The notes under the pieces are model-generated. The model worked only from the letters and a program-made list of their open reading frames with translations, was not told where the DNA came from and did not search any database. A DNA stretch of 64,000 bases from Candidatus Omnitrophota bacterium (GTDB taxonomy: Bacteria > Omnitrophota > Omnitrophia > Omnitrophales > Aquincolibacteriaceae), in assembly GCA_030698625.1 (NCBI GenBank), contig JAUYMS010000027.1:39781-103780 (forward strand), given 5' to 3'. Position numbers and translations under genes: made by a program. Positions 9,485 to 20,380 of this stretch are shown here, piece by piece (the first letter of the stretch is position 1; every line of letters starts with the position of its first letter).

Positions 9485-10117
9485 CTACAAAAGCCTGCGC
9501 ACAGGCCCAAAAGTTTTGCGGTGCACCGGTGAAGGACCATTACGGCCTAAGCATTTCAAGTGATGCCGGGTCGGGTACCCCTTATGAGTCTTAAATCCGT
9601 ATTCCGGGTATAGCTCGTCAAGATGAACCATCCACGCATCCCGAAAAACCTTCGCCACAATCGAAGCGGCCGCGACACTGGCTGACTTTTGATCTCCCTT
9701 CACGACTGCTTTCTGCGGCACGGGTAAATCTAACGTCATTGTCCCATCCACGAGAATATATTCGGGACTTCGAGACAAACTCATTACAGCCCGCTTCATC
9801 GCGAGTCGAGTGGCCTGATATATATTAATCTCTTCGATCAGCTGTTCGCTAACCACACCCACACCGACCAGGGCGTGCTGAGTAATTTCTGCAAAAAGGG
9901 CCTCGCGTAAGCGAGGCCTTAACTTCTTAGAATCATTAAGTTTACACAAGGGGGATCTTCGGAGAAAGATAACCGCTGCAGCGACCACAGGACCCGCAAG
10001 CGGGCCTCGTCCTGCCTCATCGATCCCCGCCAGCTGCTTCTGACCGATGTTCGCGGCCTCCTCATCGAAGGCGAAGAGACGCTCGGTTGAGTTGATCTCC
10101 AAAATTGACTCCGGCAC
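9485..10117 (-). CDS. rnhB: Ribonuclease HII
   Basis: GIDEAGRGPLAGPVV catalytic motif, 210 aa. Confidence 0.9.
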   Translation of the reverse strand: MPESILEINSTERLFAFDEEAANIGQKQLAGIDEAGRGPLAGPVVAAAVIFLRRSPLCKLNDSKKLRPRLREALFAEITQHALVGVGVVSEQLIEEINIYQATRLAMKRAVMSLSRSPEYILVDGTMTLDLPVPQKAVVKGDQKSASVAAASIVAKVFRDAWMVHLDELYPEYGFKTHKGYPTRHHLKCLGRNGPSPVHRKTFGPVRRLL

Positions 10118-10141
10118 CCTCCCCTCCCGCGCATGAAAATG

Positions 10142-10462
10142 TTACAAGCGATATTTCTTTTTCCTCAAACTATAAAGCTTAGCGCGATGCGCCTTGCCTT
10201 TGTGGCTGACGGTGACTTTCTCAACCGTCGGAGAATAGACCGGGAATACTTTCTCCACGACATCCCCGTGCGTTTCTTTAAGGACCGTAAAACTAGCGCT
10301 CACGCCACTGCCACGCCTACGGATGCAGACCCCCTCGAAGACTTGAATGCGTGTCTTTTCTCCTTCTTTGACACGCAGATGAATCTTCAGGGTGTCGCCA
10401 ACGCGAAACACGGGTAATTTTTTTAACTCTGTCCTTTTGTCAAATATATCTGTCGCTTTCAT
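10142..10462 (-). CDS. rplS: 50S ribosomal protein L19
   Basis: Conserved L19 sequence (FRVGDTLKIHLRVKEG...QVFEGVCI). Confidence 0.9.
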   Translation of the reverse strand: MKATDIFDKRTELKKLPVFRVGDTLKIHLRVKEGEKTRIQVFEGVCIRRRGSGVSASFTVLKETHGDVVEKVFPVYSPTVEKVTVSHKGKAHRAKLYSLRKKKYRL

Positions 10463-11196
10463 TTTCCTCTCCTCTTGCGAAGCGTTTGCGGACCACGCGA
10501 AGCGTGCGTGCCAAAATCATCTAACTTCAGCAGTAAATCAGGCCTTCGGGTACGCGTCATTTCCTCCATCATATGATTACGCCAATTTTGGACCTGTCCG
10601 TGATTGCCCGAGACAAGCACCTCGGGCACTTTCCATCCTCTATAACTTCGAGGTCTTGTGTATTGTGGATATTCGAGATATCCGGATTCAAAGCTTTCAT
10701 GCGTTAGTGACTCTGCGTTCCCTAAAACGCCGGGAATAAGCCTTACAACGGCTTCGATCATGCACAGAGCCGGTGCCTCCCCGCCCATCGTAACAAAATC
10801 TCCGACGGAGATTTCCTGATCTACCAGGTGCTCGCGAACTCGGTAGTCGACCCCCTCATAGTGGCCCGCAATAAACAGAAGATGCTCCTTGCACGCAAGC
10901 TTTCTGGTCCTTTCTTGTGTGACGGGCTGGCCGCAAGCATCAAGCAATATGACCCACGGACTACCTCCGATATCTTCGACACACTCGAAGATCGGTTCCG
11001 GTTTCATAACCATACCGGCTCCGCCGCCGAAAGGCTTGTCATCGGCGGTCTTGTGCTTATCGTGCGTATAGCCCCGCAGATCATGCACGCGAATCTCAAC
11101 CTTGCGCTTCTGTTGCGCCTTATGTAAAAGCGATGCCCCCAGCGGTCCCGAGAAAAAATCGGGAAACAGCGTGAGGATATCAATCTTCATCCCCAT
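10459..11196 (-). CDS. trmD: tRNA (guanine37-N1)-methyltransferase
   Basis: MKIDILTLFPDFF N-terminus and SPOUT C-terminal region; 4-bp overlap with rplS. Confidence 0.9.
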   Translation of the reverse strand: MGMKIDILTLFPDFFSGPLGASLLHKAQQKRKVEIRVHDLRGYTHDKHKTADDKPFGGGAGMVMKPEPIFECVEDIGGSPWVILLDACGQPVTQERTRKLACKEHLLFIAGHYEGVDYRVREHLVDQEISVGDFVTMGGEAPALCMIEAVVRLIPGVLGNAESLTHESFESGYLEYPQYTRPRSYRGWKVPEVLVSGNHGQVQNWRNHMMEEMTRTRRPDLLLKLDDFGTHASRGPQTLRKRRGK

Positions 11197-11216
11197 GGCA
11201 GTAACCTCAAATGCGG

Positions 11217-11474
11217 TTAAGCGGCAGCCGCTTTGGATTTTCTCTTGAGACGCTTGATTAAGCTATCAACCGTGGGCGAAAGCCGCGCCCCTTCCTTCAG
11301 CCAGTAATCAAGACGATCTTGCTTAAAAAAGATCTTCTCGTCGGCGGGAAGCGGATCATAGTGTCCGATCTCTTCAATGAAACGGCCATCACGCGGTGAA
11401 CGCGAGTCCGCTACAACGACACGCCACTGTTTACGACTTTTAGTTCCAGTTTGCTTCAATCGAATAGTAACCAA
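11217..11474 (-). CDS. rpsP: 30S ribosomal protein S16
   Basis: MVTIRLKQTGTKSRKQWRVVVADSRSPRDGRFIEEIGHYDP. Confidence 0.9.
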   Translation of the reverse strand: MVTIRLKQTGTKSRKQWRVVVADSRSPRDGRFIEEIGHYDPLPADEKIFFKQDRLDYWLKEGARLSPTVDSLIKRLKRKSKAAAA

Positions 11475-11495
11475 AATCTTATCCTCCTTTTTTCC

Positions 11496-12818
11496 TTATC
11501 CTACAGCCTCGAGCTCCAACGCCATACTGCTATCAGATTTTTGCTCAGGCACTTGTTCCTTTTGGCGGCTGATGGCAGCCCCCAATTGAGAAAGCTTTTC
11601 TTCGATACGCTCATACCCACGATCCAAGTGATAGACACGGTGAATCTCAGTCGACCCTTCGGCGACCAATCCGGCGATTACAAGCGCTGCCGAGGCGCGC
11701 AGGTCTGAGGCCATCACGGGTGCACCGCTCAGGCGTTTGACGCCCTGCACGATAGCGCTAGGCCCCTCCAGAAAAATGCGCGAGCCCATGCGGTTCAATT
11801 CGCTGACATGCATGTATCGATCCGGATAAATCTTTTCCGTAATGACACTAATACCCGGAGTAATGGTCATAAGAGCCATCATCTGAGCCTGCAGATCCGT
11901 CGGAAACCCCGGATAGGGGAGCGTCGTCACATTGACGGGTTGCAATCTGCCCGTGCGCCTGACTCGTATACTGCTCTTGCCGCGATCAACGCGGGCGCCG
12001 GCCTGACGTAACTTATCGATAACCACGTTCTGGTGATTCGGATCCGCTTTCTTAACTAACACATCTCCGCCTGTCATTGCTGCCGCAAAGAGATAGGTGC
12101 CAACCTCAACCCGGTCGGCAATAATCGCTGTCTTCGCACCGTGCAGCTTGTTAACCCCTTCGATTTCTATCCTTTTCGATCCGACCCCCTGAATCTTTGC
12201 ACCCATCCTGATGAGAAAACAGGCCAGATCCACAATCTCCGGCTCACAAGCCGCATCCTCGATTGTCGTTTGGCCCCGAGCCAAAGTTGCCGCCATCATA
12301 ACATTAGCCGTGGCCAGCACTGAAGAACCGAACGCCCCGCCCAGATAAATGTCATTTCCTCGAAGCCGCTTATGCATTCGCGCATGAACATATCCATGCC
12401 GTATCTCAGTACTCGCGCCAAGGGCTTCGAGGCCTTTCAAATGCAAGTCAATCGGCCGCGGACCAATGACACAACCACCCGGCAACGAGACTTCCGCGTT
12501 TCCCACGCGAGCGAGCAACGGGCCCAATACGCAAACAGACGCACGCATCGTACTTACAAGTTCATAGGGCGCTACCGGAACCAACGTATTACCAGGTGTG
12601 ATCGTCACCGTCCCGTCCCGGTACTCCCCCTTCGCCCCCAAGGAATTCAGCAAATCAAGCATAGTGCGAATGTCTTTGAGGTTCGGGACATTCTCGATGA
12701 TCGATTCTTGATCCGTTAGCAAGGCCGCTGCCATCATCGGAAGTGCAGCATTCTTGGCCCCAGAGACTTCAACTTCACCTCTGAGCTTTCGTCCTCCCGT
12801 AACAATAATTTTGTCCAT
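11496..12818 (-). CDS. murA: UDP-N-acetylglucosamine 1-carboxyvinyltransferase
   Basis: 440 aa with MurA N-terminus MDKIIVTGGRKLRGEVEVSGAKNAALP and EPT fold repeats. Confidence 0.9.
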   Translation of the reverse strand: MDKIIVTGGRKLRGEVEVSGAKNAALPMMAAALLTDQESIIENVPNLKDIRTMLDLLNSLGAKGEYRDGTVTITPGNTLVPVAPYELVSTMRASVCVLGPLLARVGNAEVSLPGGCVIGPRPIDLHLKGLEALGASTEIRHGYVHARMHKRLRGNDIYLGGAFGSSVLATANVMMAATLARGQTTIEDAACEPEIVDLACFLIRMGAKIQGVGSKRIEIEGVNKLHGAKTAIIADRVEVGTYLFAAAMTGGDVLVKKADPNHQNVVIDKLRQAGARVDRGKSSIRVRRTGRLQPVNVTTLPYPGFPTDLQAQMMALMTITPGISVITEKIYPDRYMHVSELNRMGSRIFLEGPSAIVQGVKRLSGAPVMASDLRASAALVIAGLVAEGSTEIHRVYHLDRGYERIEEKLSQLGAAISRQKEQVPEQKSDSSMALELEAVG

Positions 12819-12827
12819 AGTCTCCGG

Positions 12828-13700
12828 CTACACTCCGCGCTTGCGTGCGCTAACAACCCTTTCAACGCCCCGGAGATCTTTGAAGCTCCGAAGATCCTCA
12901 AACCCACGACTTAAAAGCTGGATAACGGGCGCACTCTGCTCAAAACCCACTTCTAAAAACAACCGGCCCCCAGTCTTTAAAACATCCGGGGCCTTCTTCG
13001 CAATACGACGGTAACAATGAAGGCCGTCTATGCCCCCATCCAGAGCGACGTATGGCTCATAAAAAAGTTCTGCGGAAAGCCTGTTCCAATCGCCGTCCGC
13101 TATGTACGGCGGATTTGAAACAATCGCATCCCACCTTGCGCCGTTAAGTCCTGAAAATAAATCGGCCTGTATTAACCGACCGCGGCGCTGCAGATTATAA
13201 CGACTTAGGTTCTCTCCCGTAATACGCAGAGCTTCGCGAGAAATGTCTAAAAACGTCGCCTCGGCGTTCGTATAATGTCTGAGCAAAGCAATTCCTACGG
13301 CTCCGGACCCCGACCCCAGATCAAGAAATGAAAACGAGTCGTTTTTATCAAATCCTGACACTGCAAGAAATTGCTCGACCAAAATCTCGGTCTCGGGCCG
13401 TGGGACCAGACACTCCGGACCCACCTTCAGGGTTTCATTATAAAAATCAGCCGTGCCAATCAAATAGGCCAGGGGCTCCCCCAACCTACGGCGGCGAATC
13501 AAACCGGCATATTGCTCCGCTACGGGTGCCGCCACAGGGCCCGCTGACCTTAGGTACAGGCTGGCGCGGTCCGCGCCCAATAAATTCCCCAAAAGATACT
13601 CGGCGTTGCGACGCGCCTCTTCGGCGACTAGGCAAGCCAATTCTCGCCGTCCCCAGGCCAGTAACTCGTGAACCGTCATGTCTGCAACAGCTGTCATCAT
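12828..13700 (-). CDS. prmC: Release factor glutamine N5-methyltransferase
   Basis: NPPY motif (VSNPPYI) and SAM motif LDLGSGSGA; located next to prfA. Confidence 0.85.
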   Translation of the reverse strand: MMTAVADMTVHELLAWGRRELACLVAEEARRNAEYLLGNLLGADRASLYLRSAGPVAAPVAEQYAGLIRRRRLGEPLAYLIGTADFYNETLKVGPECLVPRPETEILVEQFLAVSGFDKNDSFSFLDLGSGSGAVGIALLRHYTNAEATFLDISREALRITGENLSRYNLQRRGRLIQADLFSGLNGARWDAIVSNPPYIADGDWNRLSAELFYEPYVALDGGIDGLHCYRRIAKKAPDVLKTGGRLFLEVGFEQSAPVIQLLSRGFEDLRSFKDLRGVERVVSARKRGV

Positions 13701-13774
13701 AATTGATAGACACTATAAAATAATATAATAAAACAACTTACGGACTTTTTCGGGAGGGCTGGTGATGAGTCGCA

Positions 13775-14854
13775 TTAAGCAGCATCTGTCAGCTTGCGAG
13801 CCCTCTCGTCCTGCTCAAGGGCCTGGACGACTTCGTCTAAATAGCCGTTTAAAATATCATCCAGGCTATGCAAAGTCAAACCGATTCGATGATCCGTAAC
13901 CCGTTGATCTGGAAAGTTATACGTACGAATTTTTCCCGATCTGTCTCCGCTCCCCACCTGCTCTTTACGTTCCCGCGCCTTTTTATCATGATGAGCCTGC
14001 CGCTGAGCTTCAAAGATGCGGGCCCGCAACACGCGCATGGCCTTGGCTTTGTTTTTGTGCTGGGAACGTTCATCCTGACAGCTAACGACAACGCCTGTCG
14101 GGAAATGCGTTATGCGGACCGCCGATTCTGTTTTGTTAACATGCTGTCCGCCAGCCCCGGAAGCCCGAAAGACGTCGATCCTTAAATCTTTCGGATCGAT
14201 TTCTACGTCCGTCTCGTCAGCTTCAAGCAAGACCGCAACGGTTACGGCTGATGTGTGAATGCGACCGTTGGACTCCGTTTGAGGAACACGCTGGACCCGA
14301 TGAATTCCGCTTTCATATTTGAAAGCGGAATAAGCGTCTTTTCCCGAAACACCAAAAGCAATTTCTTTGACTCCGCCCATCCCGGTAAGACTCGACGACA
14401 TAATTTCAACCTTTAAACCGTGAGACTCGGCATACTTAGAATACATCCGGAACAAATCCGCTCCAAACAGCGCGGCTTCGTCTCCCCCCGTACCGGCGCG
14501 AATCTCAACAATCACATCACGGTTAGCATTGGGGTCCGAACCCTTTAGGAGGAGTCTCTCCAACTCACCCACCAACCCCTTGCGCCGAGTTTCAAGCATC
14601 TGTTTTTCTTCCTTATAGAGGGCCTTCATATCTGCATCCGCATCCTTGTCTTCGGCCGAACGTCCGATTTCCTCAGCTTCCCGGTTAACTTTGCTGTACT
14701 CGCGAAAGGCCTCGACGATAGGACGCAAACCAGAAAGCTCCTTGACCAACTTCTGGTACGTCGTTTGATCCTTCTGCGCAGACGGATCACTAAGGAGATG
14801 CTCAATCTCCTCGAGCCGCGCCGCCGCCTTCTTTAGTCGTTCCAGAAAAATCAT
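13775..14854 (-). CDS. prfA: Peptide chain release factor 1
   Basis: GGQ motif [11 protein letters not shown] and PxT-type decoding region; 359 aa. Confidence 0.9.
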   Translation of the reverse strand: MIFLERLKKAAARLEEIEHLLSDPSAQKDQTTYQKLVKELSGLRPIVEAFREYSKVNREAEEIGRSAEDKDADADMKALYKEEKQMLETRRKGLVGELERLLLKGSDPNANRDVIVEIRAGTGGDEAALFGADLFRMYSKYAESHGLKVEIMSSSLTGMGGVKEIAFGVSGKDAYSAFKYESGIHRVQRVPQTESNGRIHTSAVTVAVLLEADETDVEIDPKDLRIDVFRASGAGGQHVNKTESAVRITHFPTGVVVSCQDERSQHKNKAKAMRVLRARIFEAQRQAHHDKKARERKEQVGSGDRSGKIRTYNFPDQRVTDHRIGLTLHSLDDILNGYLDEVVQALEQDERARKLTDAA

Positions 14855-14858
14855 TCGG

Positions 14859-15191
14859 TTACGATTTAGGTTTTTCCGGTTTGGGCAAATCTTTCTTGTC
14901 CGCAGACTTCGACTCCGCGACAGCTTTTTTCAATAAAGCTTTAATCGACGGCCCTTGCGGCTTTTGCTTTTTCTGCGACCCGAGAACGACCTTTCCGCCA
15001 AACTTTTTATTCAAACGATCGATACGGCCCGCGGTATCTAAAAGCTTTTGCTTCCCCGTAAAAAACGGGTGGCAGGATGAGCAGACGTCAATCTGGATCG
15101 GCCCCTCGATCGTACTCCGCGTCTCGAACGTAGCCCCGCAAGTACACCGAACCGTGACGACATCGTATTTTGGATGTATCTCTTGTTTCAT
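14859..15191 (-). CDS. rpmE: 50S ribosomal protein L31 with Lys-rich C-terminal tail
   Basis: [19 protein letters not shown]...[10 protein letters not shown]. Start set at the internal ATG (15191), which is preceded by GGAGAAGAGAAA (RBS); the ORF track start at 15233 adds 14 aa. Confidence 0.85.
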   Translation of the reverse strand: MKQEIHPKYDVVTVRCTCGATFETRSTIEGPIQIDVCSSCHPFFTGKQKLLDTAGRIDRLNKKFGGKVVLGSQKKQKPQGPSIKALLKKAVAESKSADKKDLPKPEKPKS

Positions 15192-15266
15192 TTTCTCTTC
15201 TCCTCTCAAGAATTTATAAAGAAAGGGGCACAAAAAATTGTGCCCCTGTAACTCGTACGGATATCG

Positions 15267-16697
15267 CTAAGAGTTAACTTTACTCATACTGAGCAGAAAC
15301 TCCGCATTACTCTTCGTCTTACGCAGACGGTCAACCAAGAGCTCCATCGCCTCAGCGGGGTTCAGCTCATTCAAGAGCTTCCTCAGCAGCCAAACGCGCT
15401 GCAATTCATCAGGATGCATCAGCATGTCTTCTTTCCTGGTATTAGATTTCTTAACGTCAATAGCAGGGTAAATACGCTTCTGGAAGAGATTGCGATCCAA
15501 CTGCAGCTCTAAGTTACCCGTCCCTTTAAACTCTTCAAAAATAACATCGTCCATGCGCGATCCGGTATCAATCAAAGCGGTCGCAACGATGGTGAGACTT
15601 CCGCCTTCCTCAATGTTGCGGGCCGCACCAAAAAAGCGTTTCGGCTTGTGCAGCGCGTTAGAATCCACACCGCCGGAAAGAATCTTTCCTGAGTGCGGGA
15701 CGACGGTATTATACGCACGCGCCAAGCGCGTGATACTGTCGAGCAAAATGATAACATCTCGCTTATGTTCGACGAGCCGCTTGGCTTTCTCCAGAACGAT
15801 CTCGGCGACCTGAACGTGCCTCTCGGCGGGTTCATCGAAAGTCGAAGCGATCACCTCTCCGCGAACACAACGCTGCATGTCGGTTACTTCTTCGGGACGC
15901 TCGTCGATCAATAACACGATCAGATACACTTCCGGATTATTCGCCATGATACTGTTGGCAATTTTCTGGAGAAGGATTGTTTTACCGCTGTAAGGCGGCG
16001 CCACAATCATGGCACGCTGGCCATAACCGATCGGTGTCAAAAGATCCATAACGCGCGCGGAAACCTCCTCGGGAGTGGTTTCCAAGATAATCCGCTTATC
16101 CGGATAAATCGGCGTCAGGTTATCAAAGGGGATCTTGTCACGCATTCCTTCCGGATCCTCAAAATTGACAAGCTCCACTTTGAGAAGCGCGAAATACCGC
16201 TCTCCCTCTTTGGGAGGGCGAATCTGTCCGCTCACATTGTCGCCCGTGCGCAGATTAAAGCGACGGATCTGACTTGGGCTGACATAAATATCGTCCGGTG
16301 ACGGCAAATAATTATAATTCGGCGATCTCAAGAAGCCGAACCCGTCTTCCAGGATTTCCAGAACACCCTCACCGAACATCAATCCGGATTGCTCTGCCTG
16401 GCCCTGTAGAATTTTGAAGATCAGGTCCTGTTTCTTGACGCCCGTCACGGAGGTCACTTTTACCTTCTTCGCGACTTCGTGCAGCTCGCTGATCTTCATT
16501 TTCTTCAGCTGACCGACATCGAGCTTATCCCCCGATTTGCCCGGTGGCCTGTCGAGGCCCTGATCGGTATCCGGACGATCCGAACCAACCCTTGGGGGTT
16601 GGGCCATCGGTTGCTGTGGACGCCCTCCCGAGTTATGCCGCCTGTGAGGACCTGAATTGTCGCCCCTTTTTGGATTATGTGTTTTTTCTCTTACCAT
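15267..16697 (-). CDS. rho: Transcription termination factor Rho (with ~55-aa basic/Pro-Gly-rich N-terminal extension)
   Basis: RNA-binding OB region ([18 protein letters not shown]), Walker A (APPYSGKT), Q and R loops; 476 aa. Confidence 0.9.
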   Translation of the reverse strand: MVREKTHNPKRGDNSGPHRRHNSGGRPQQPMAQPPRVGSDRPDTDQGLDRPPGKSGDKLDVGQLKKMKISELHEVAKKVKVTSVTGVKKQDLIFKILQGQAEQSGLMFGEGVLEILEDGFGFLRSPNYNYLPSPDDIYVSPSQIRRFNLRTGDNVSGQIRPPKEGERYFALLKVELVNFEDPEGMRDKIPFDNLTPIYPDKRIILETTPEEVSARVMDLLTPIGYGQRAMIVAPPYSGKTILLQKIANSIMANNPEVYLIVLLIDERPEEVTDMQRCVRGEVIASTFDEPAERHVQVAEIVLEKAKRLVEHKRDVIILLDSITRLARAYNTVVPHSGKILSGGVDSNALHKPKRFFGAARNIEEGGSLTIVATALIDTGSRMDDVIFEEFKGTGNLELQLDRNLFQKRIYPAIDVKKSNTRKEDMLMHPDELQRVWLLRKLLNELNPAEAMELLVDRLRKTKSNAEFLLSMSKVNS

Positions 16698-16702
16698 TGT
16701 AA

Positions 16703-17329
16703 TTACGCTGCTCCTTTCGGCGACAGCTTGAGATCTTTCCAGATCTCTTCGACCTGACGCCTGGTTTCTTCTAAAGTTCCGGAGTTGTTCACAACTTTAT
16801 CAGTCCGTTTTAGTTTTTCTTCCAAAGACATTTGCACTTTCGACCTGCGCCGAAACTCACCGCGCGAAATCCCGCGTTTCTTCAAACGCGTCAACACCGC
16901 TTCTTCATCGGTTTTCACCACAACCGAATGGTGACAGTGAAGATGAAACCCCGTTTCAAACAGCAGCGGTATCTCCAGCACGATCACCGAAGCATCGGTT
17001 TGCCCAATCTCCTCGGCAATCCTTTCGAACACATAAGGGTGGATAAGTCCTTCTAACTCCTTCCGCTTCTTATCATCGCGAAAAATGACAGCCGCGATCT
17101 TGTCCCGGTTCAGCGCTTTATCTTCCCGCGCTTCGGGGATAAGCGCGCCGATCTTGTCGAACACCGGGCTTTCTCTGCGCAAAGCCTCATGCGAAAGACC
17201 GTCGGCATCGATCGTGCACGCCCCCATCTCGGCAAAAATCTCGGCAATTGAACTCTTGCCTGCCGCATACCCGCCAGTCAAACCGATCACCACTTTTCGG
17301 GGTTCTCCGTTGCCTAATTTTTGTACCAC
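16703..17329 (-). CDS. coaE: Dephospho-CoA kinase
   Basis: P-loop [13 protein letters not shown]; typical size; 16-bp overlap with polA. Confidence 0.85.
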   Translation of the reverse strand: MVQKLGNGEPRKVVIGLTGGYAAGKSSIAEIFAEMGACTIDADGLSHEALRRESPVFDKIGALIPEAREDKALNRDKIAAVIFRDDKKRKELEGLIHPYVFERIAEEIGQTDASVIVLEIPLLFETGFHLHCHHSVVVKTDEEAVLTRLKKRGISRGEFRRRSKVQMSLEEKLKRTDKVVNNSGTLEETRRQVEEIWKDLKLSPKGAA

Positions 17330-20076
17330 GACTCACCGCAAAAAACATCGACCTTGAGTGGAACCTTCAGCTCGTAGACCCCTTGCATCTCTTCGCGCAC
17401 AAGCATTTCGAGTTTTTCTCTTTCTGCCGGGGGCACATCAAAGACAAGTTCGTCGTGGACCTGAATGGTCATGAGGCTCTCGAGAGCTTCTTTTTCAAGT
17501 CGATCTTGAATGGCGATCATTGCCAATTTAACAAGATCGGCCGCCGTGCCTTGAATCGGCGCGTTGATCGCAGCGCGCTCGGCAAACTGACGAATCTGCA
17601 TATTCCGCACATTAATTTCCGGGAAATACGCGCGGCGCCCGAGCAACGTGGTCAAATAGCCTTGCTCTCTAGCCTTTTCTTTTTGCGCCTCGAGAAAATC
17701 GCGCACCTGGGCGTACCGATTAAAATAATTTTCAATAAAACCATCGGCCTCCGAAATCGAAATCTTCAGATCCTGCGACAGACCGTAAGCGGTCTTTCCA
17801 TAAATAATGCTGAAGTTGATTGTCTTGGCGACATTCCGCATTTCACGCGTCACTTCCTCTTCGGGAATACCGTACAACAAAGTCGCCGTAAAACGGTGCA
17901 CATCCCGATCTTCGTTGAAGGCTTTCGTTAAATTTTTATCTCCCGAAAAGTGGGCGAGAATCCTAAGCTCGACCTGCGAATAGTCGGCCGCAAGGAGCTG
18001 ACCGGCCTTTTTCCCGAATGAACGCGGCACAAAGGCCTTACGGACAAGCCGTCCGGTTTCCGTCTTGATCGGGATATTCTGAAGGTTGGGGTCCGAACTC
18101 GAAAGACGCCCTGTTGCCGTTGTCGTCTGATGAAAAGAAGTGTGAATTCGCTTCGTCTCGGGATTCAGCATCGCCGGCAAAGCTTCCAAATAAGTCGATC
18201 TCAGCTTCGCATTTTCCCGGTAATCGAGAACCTTGCGAGGTAGCTCATAATCGGCAGCTAGTTTCTCGAGCACGCTAACATCGGTAGAATAGCCGGTCTT
18301 GGTTCGCTTAATTATAGGGAGCTGCATTTTGACAAAGAGAATTTCGGCGAGCTGTTTGGTGGAGTTTATGTTGAATTCATCCCCCGCCTCACTCCAGATC
18401 TCCCGGGTCAGGCGTTCGAGTTCTCCTAGCGCATCATCGGAAAGTTTTTTCAAAAACTTGAGGTCCAGACATACGCCGTTGATTTCCATCTTTGCCAGGA
18501 CCATCGCTAAAGGCATTTCAACATTGCGGAACAACTCCGATAGAGCATTTTGCTCAAGCCTCTTGCTCAAGAGCGGCACGAGCCGAAAAACACAATCAGC
18601 ATCCTCGCAGGCATACGTCGAAATGATTTCGAGCGGCACTTCAGCCATCGTAATCTGCTTCTTCCCCGTCCCGATAAGAGAAGCCGTCGGAATCTTTTTG
18701 ATATTCAGGTATTCGAGCGAGATATCATCCAAGTTGTGATTCAGCTTGAGCGGGTTAATGAGGTAGCTGGCGATCATGGTATCAAATGCGATTCCATTCA
18801 GTTCAACGCCATGGCGCCTAAGCACTATCCAGTCATACTTGATATTCTGCCCGTACTTCTTGTGTTCACTGCTTTCCAAATTTACTCTGAGCTTTTCAAG
18901 CACTTCGTCCACGTTGATGCCTTCGGCTCCGTGATGAGTCGATGAAACCGGGATGTAAGTCGCATGAAGCGGCTTCCACGAAAAGCTAAGCCCCACCAGG
19001 TGTGCGCGCATCGGATCGCTGTCGGTGGTTTCCGTATCAAAGCTGTAAGCCGGAACCTTTGCGAGTTCCCGGGCAAAGGCCTCCAGTTCCTTTTGGGTGG
19101 TGATCGTAGTGTAGGCTCGGCCCTTTTCCTCTTCTGCACCCGAAGAGACAACTTCCTTGAGCATTCCGCGAAACTCATAGCGCTTCAGCAGATCTGTGAG
19201 CTTTTCTTCATCGGGCGGATCGATAGTCATCTTTCCCCACTCGAAATCCACCTTTACATCGGTATCGATGGTGACAAGCTCCTTGGAACGCTCGGCATCT
19301 TCTTTGTGGTCTGCGAGCAATGTCCTTTGTGACTTTGACTTTATCTTGTCCAGGTTGCGATAGAGGTTTTCGACCGAACCGAACTGCTGAATGAGCTTGA
19401 CTGCCGTCTTCTCTCCGATCCCCCTTACTCCGGGAATATTGTCGGAGGTATCTCCCATCAGGGTCATGATATCAATCACTTGATCCGGCCCAAGACCGCC
19501 ATAGCGTTTGCGCACGGCATCCGCATCAAAAATGACGTCATTCTTGTTCGGATTCAAGATTTTGACCCTATCATTAACCAATTGCATCGCATCCTTGTCG
19601 CCGGTAACTAAGTAAACGTCAAACCCCTCTTTAGCGCCCTTTGCCGCCAGGGTTCCCATGACGTCGTCCGCCTCAAAACCGGCCATTTCGTAAAGCGCAT
19701 ACCTATGCGCGCGGCAGAACTCTTTGATCGGCTCTATCTGATCCGCCAAATCATCGGGCATGGGCTTTCGGTGCGCCTTGTAGTCCTCATACATTTCGTG
19801 CCGGAAAGTCGGCTCCTTGCGGTCAAAACAGATCGCAAAGTAATCCGGATCATGGTCAGCCACTAACTTGCGCATCATGGTGATAAAACCGTAAATCGCA
19901 TTCGTCGGCTCGCCCTGTGAGTTGGACAAAGACTTTATGGCAAAATAGGCCCGGTAGCAAAAGGACATGCCGTCGATTAAGAAGAGCTTGGGTCTCGCGA
20001 CTTTTGTCATTTCAGATTTAGGTGTTTTCATGGAATCCACGGAAGCCACAGTTAGTTCACTCTCCTCGGGAAGCAA
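17314..20076 (-). CDS. polA: DNA polymerase I
   Basis: 920 aa with 5'-3' exonuclease N-terminus, 3'-5' exonuclease domain and pol motifs (DYSQVELRILAH, QVHDELVFD). Confidence 0.9.
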   Translation of the reverse strand: MLPEESELTVASVDSMKTPKSEMTKVARPKLFLIDGMSFCYRAYFAIKSLSNSQGEPTNAIYGFITMMRKLVADHDPDYFAICFDRKEPTFRHEMYEDYKAHRKPMPDDLADQIEPIKEFCRAHRYALYEMAGFEADDVMGTLAAKGAKEGFDVYLVTGDKDAMQLVNDRVKILNPNKNDVIFDADAVRKRYGGLGPDQVIDIMTLMGDTSDNIPGVRGIGEKTAVKLIQQFGSVENLYRNLDKIKSKSQRTLLADHKEDAERSKELVTIDTDVKVDFEWGKMTIDPPDEEKLTDLLKRYEFRGMLKEVVSSGAEEEKGRAYTTITTQKELEAFARELAKVPAYSFDTETTDSDPMRAHLVGLSFSWKPLHATYIPVSSTHHGAEGINVDEVLEKLRVNLESSEHKKYGQNIKYDWIVLRRHGVELNGIAFDTMIASYLINPLKLNHNLDDISLEYLNIKKIPTASLIGTGKKQITMAEVPLEIISTYACEDADCVFRLVPLLSKRLEQNALSELFRNVEMPLAMVLAKMEINGVCLDLKFLKKLSDDALGELERLTREIWSEAGDEFNINSTKQLAEILFVKMQLPIIKRTKTGYSTDVSVLEKLAADYELPRKVLDYRENAKLRSTYLEALPAMLNPETKRIHTSFHQTTTATGRLSSSDPNLQNIPIKTETGRLVRKAFVPRSFGKKAGQLLAADYSQVELRILAHFSGDKNLTKAFNEDRDVHRFTATLLYGIPEEEVTREMRNVAKTINFSIIYGKTAYGLSQDLKISISEADGFIENYFNRYAQVRDFLEAQKEKAREQGYLTTLLGRRAYFPEINVRNMQIRQFAERAAINAPIQGTAADLVKLAMIAIQDRLEKEALESLMTIQVHDELVFDVPPAEREKLEMLVREEMQGVYELKVPLKVDVFCGESWYKN

Positions 20077-20380
20077 CCTTCCATCGCTAGCGCTGAGACA
20101 AACCCCCTAGCGGGAAAACCACCCTCTCATGCACATGTAAAACACGTCGTCCATGATTAGCGCGGTTTTGGAAAGTATGATCCTGCAGTATTTATCGTAA
20201 TATGGGATTTCAGGGATTATCGCGTCGCTTGCGTGGGCCCTCGCCCCTCTTCATGGGAACGGGTGAACAAGTGAGGCGTGGATAAATCTTAAACCTAAAA
20301 GCGACAACAAGATACCCAAATTGAGGCATCAGGTCAACTGTTTTATTCGTATCTGGGCTGCTAGGAATGTTAGTTTAGAA

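Noticed and set aside
17248-17931. 227-aa plus-strand ORF
   Set aside because: It lies entirely antisense to the coaE/polA coding sequence, has low-complexity composition and no motifs. It is a typical spurious antisense ORF in GC-rich coding DNA.
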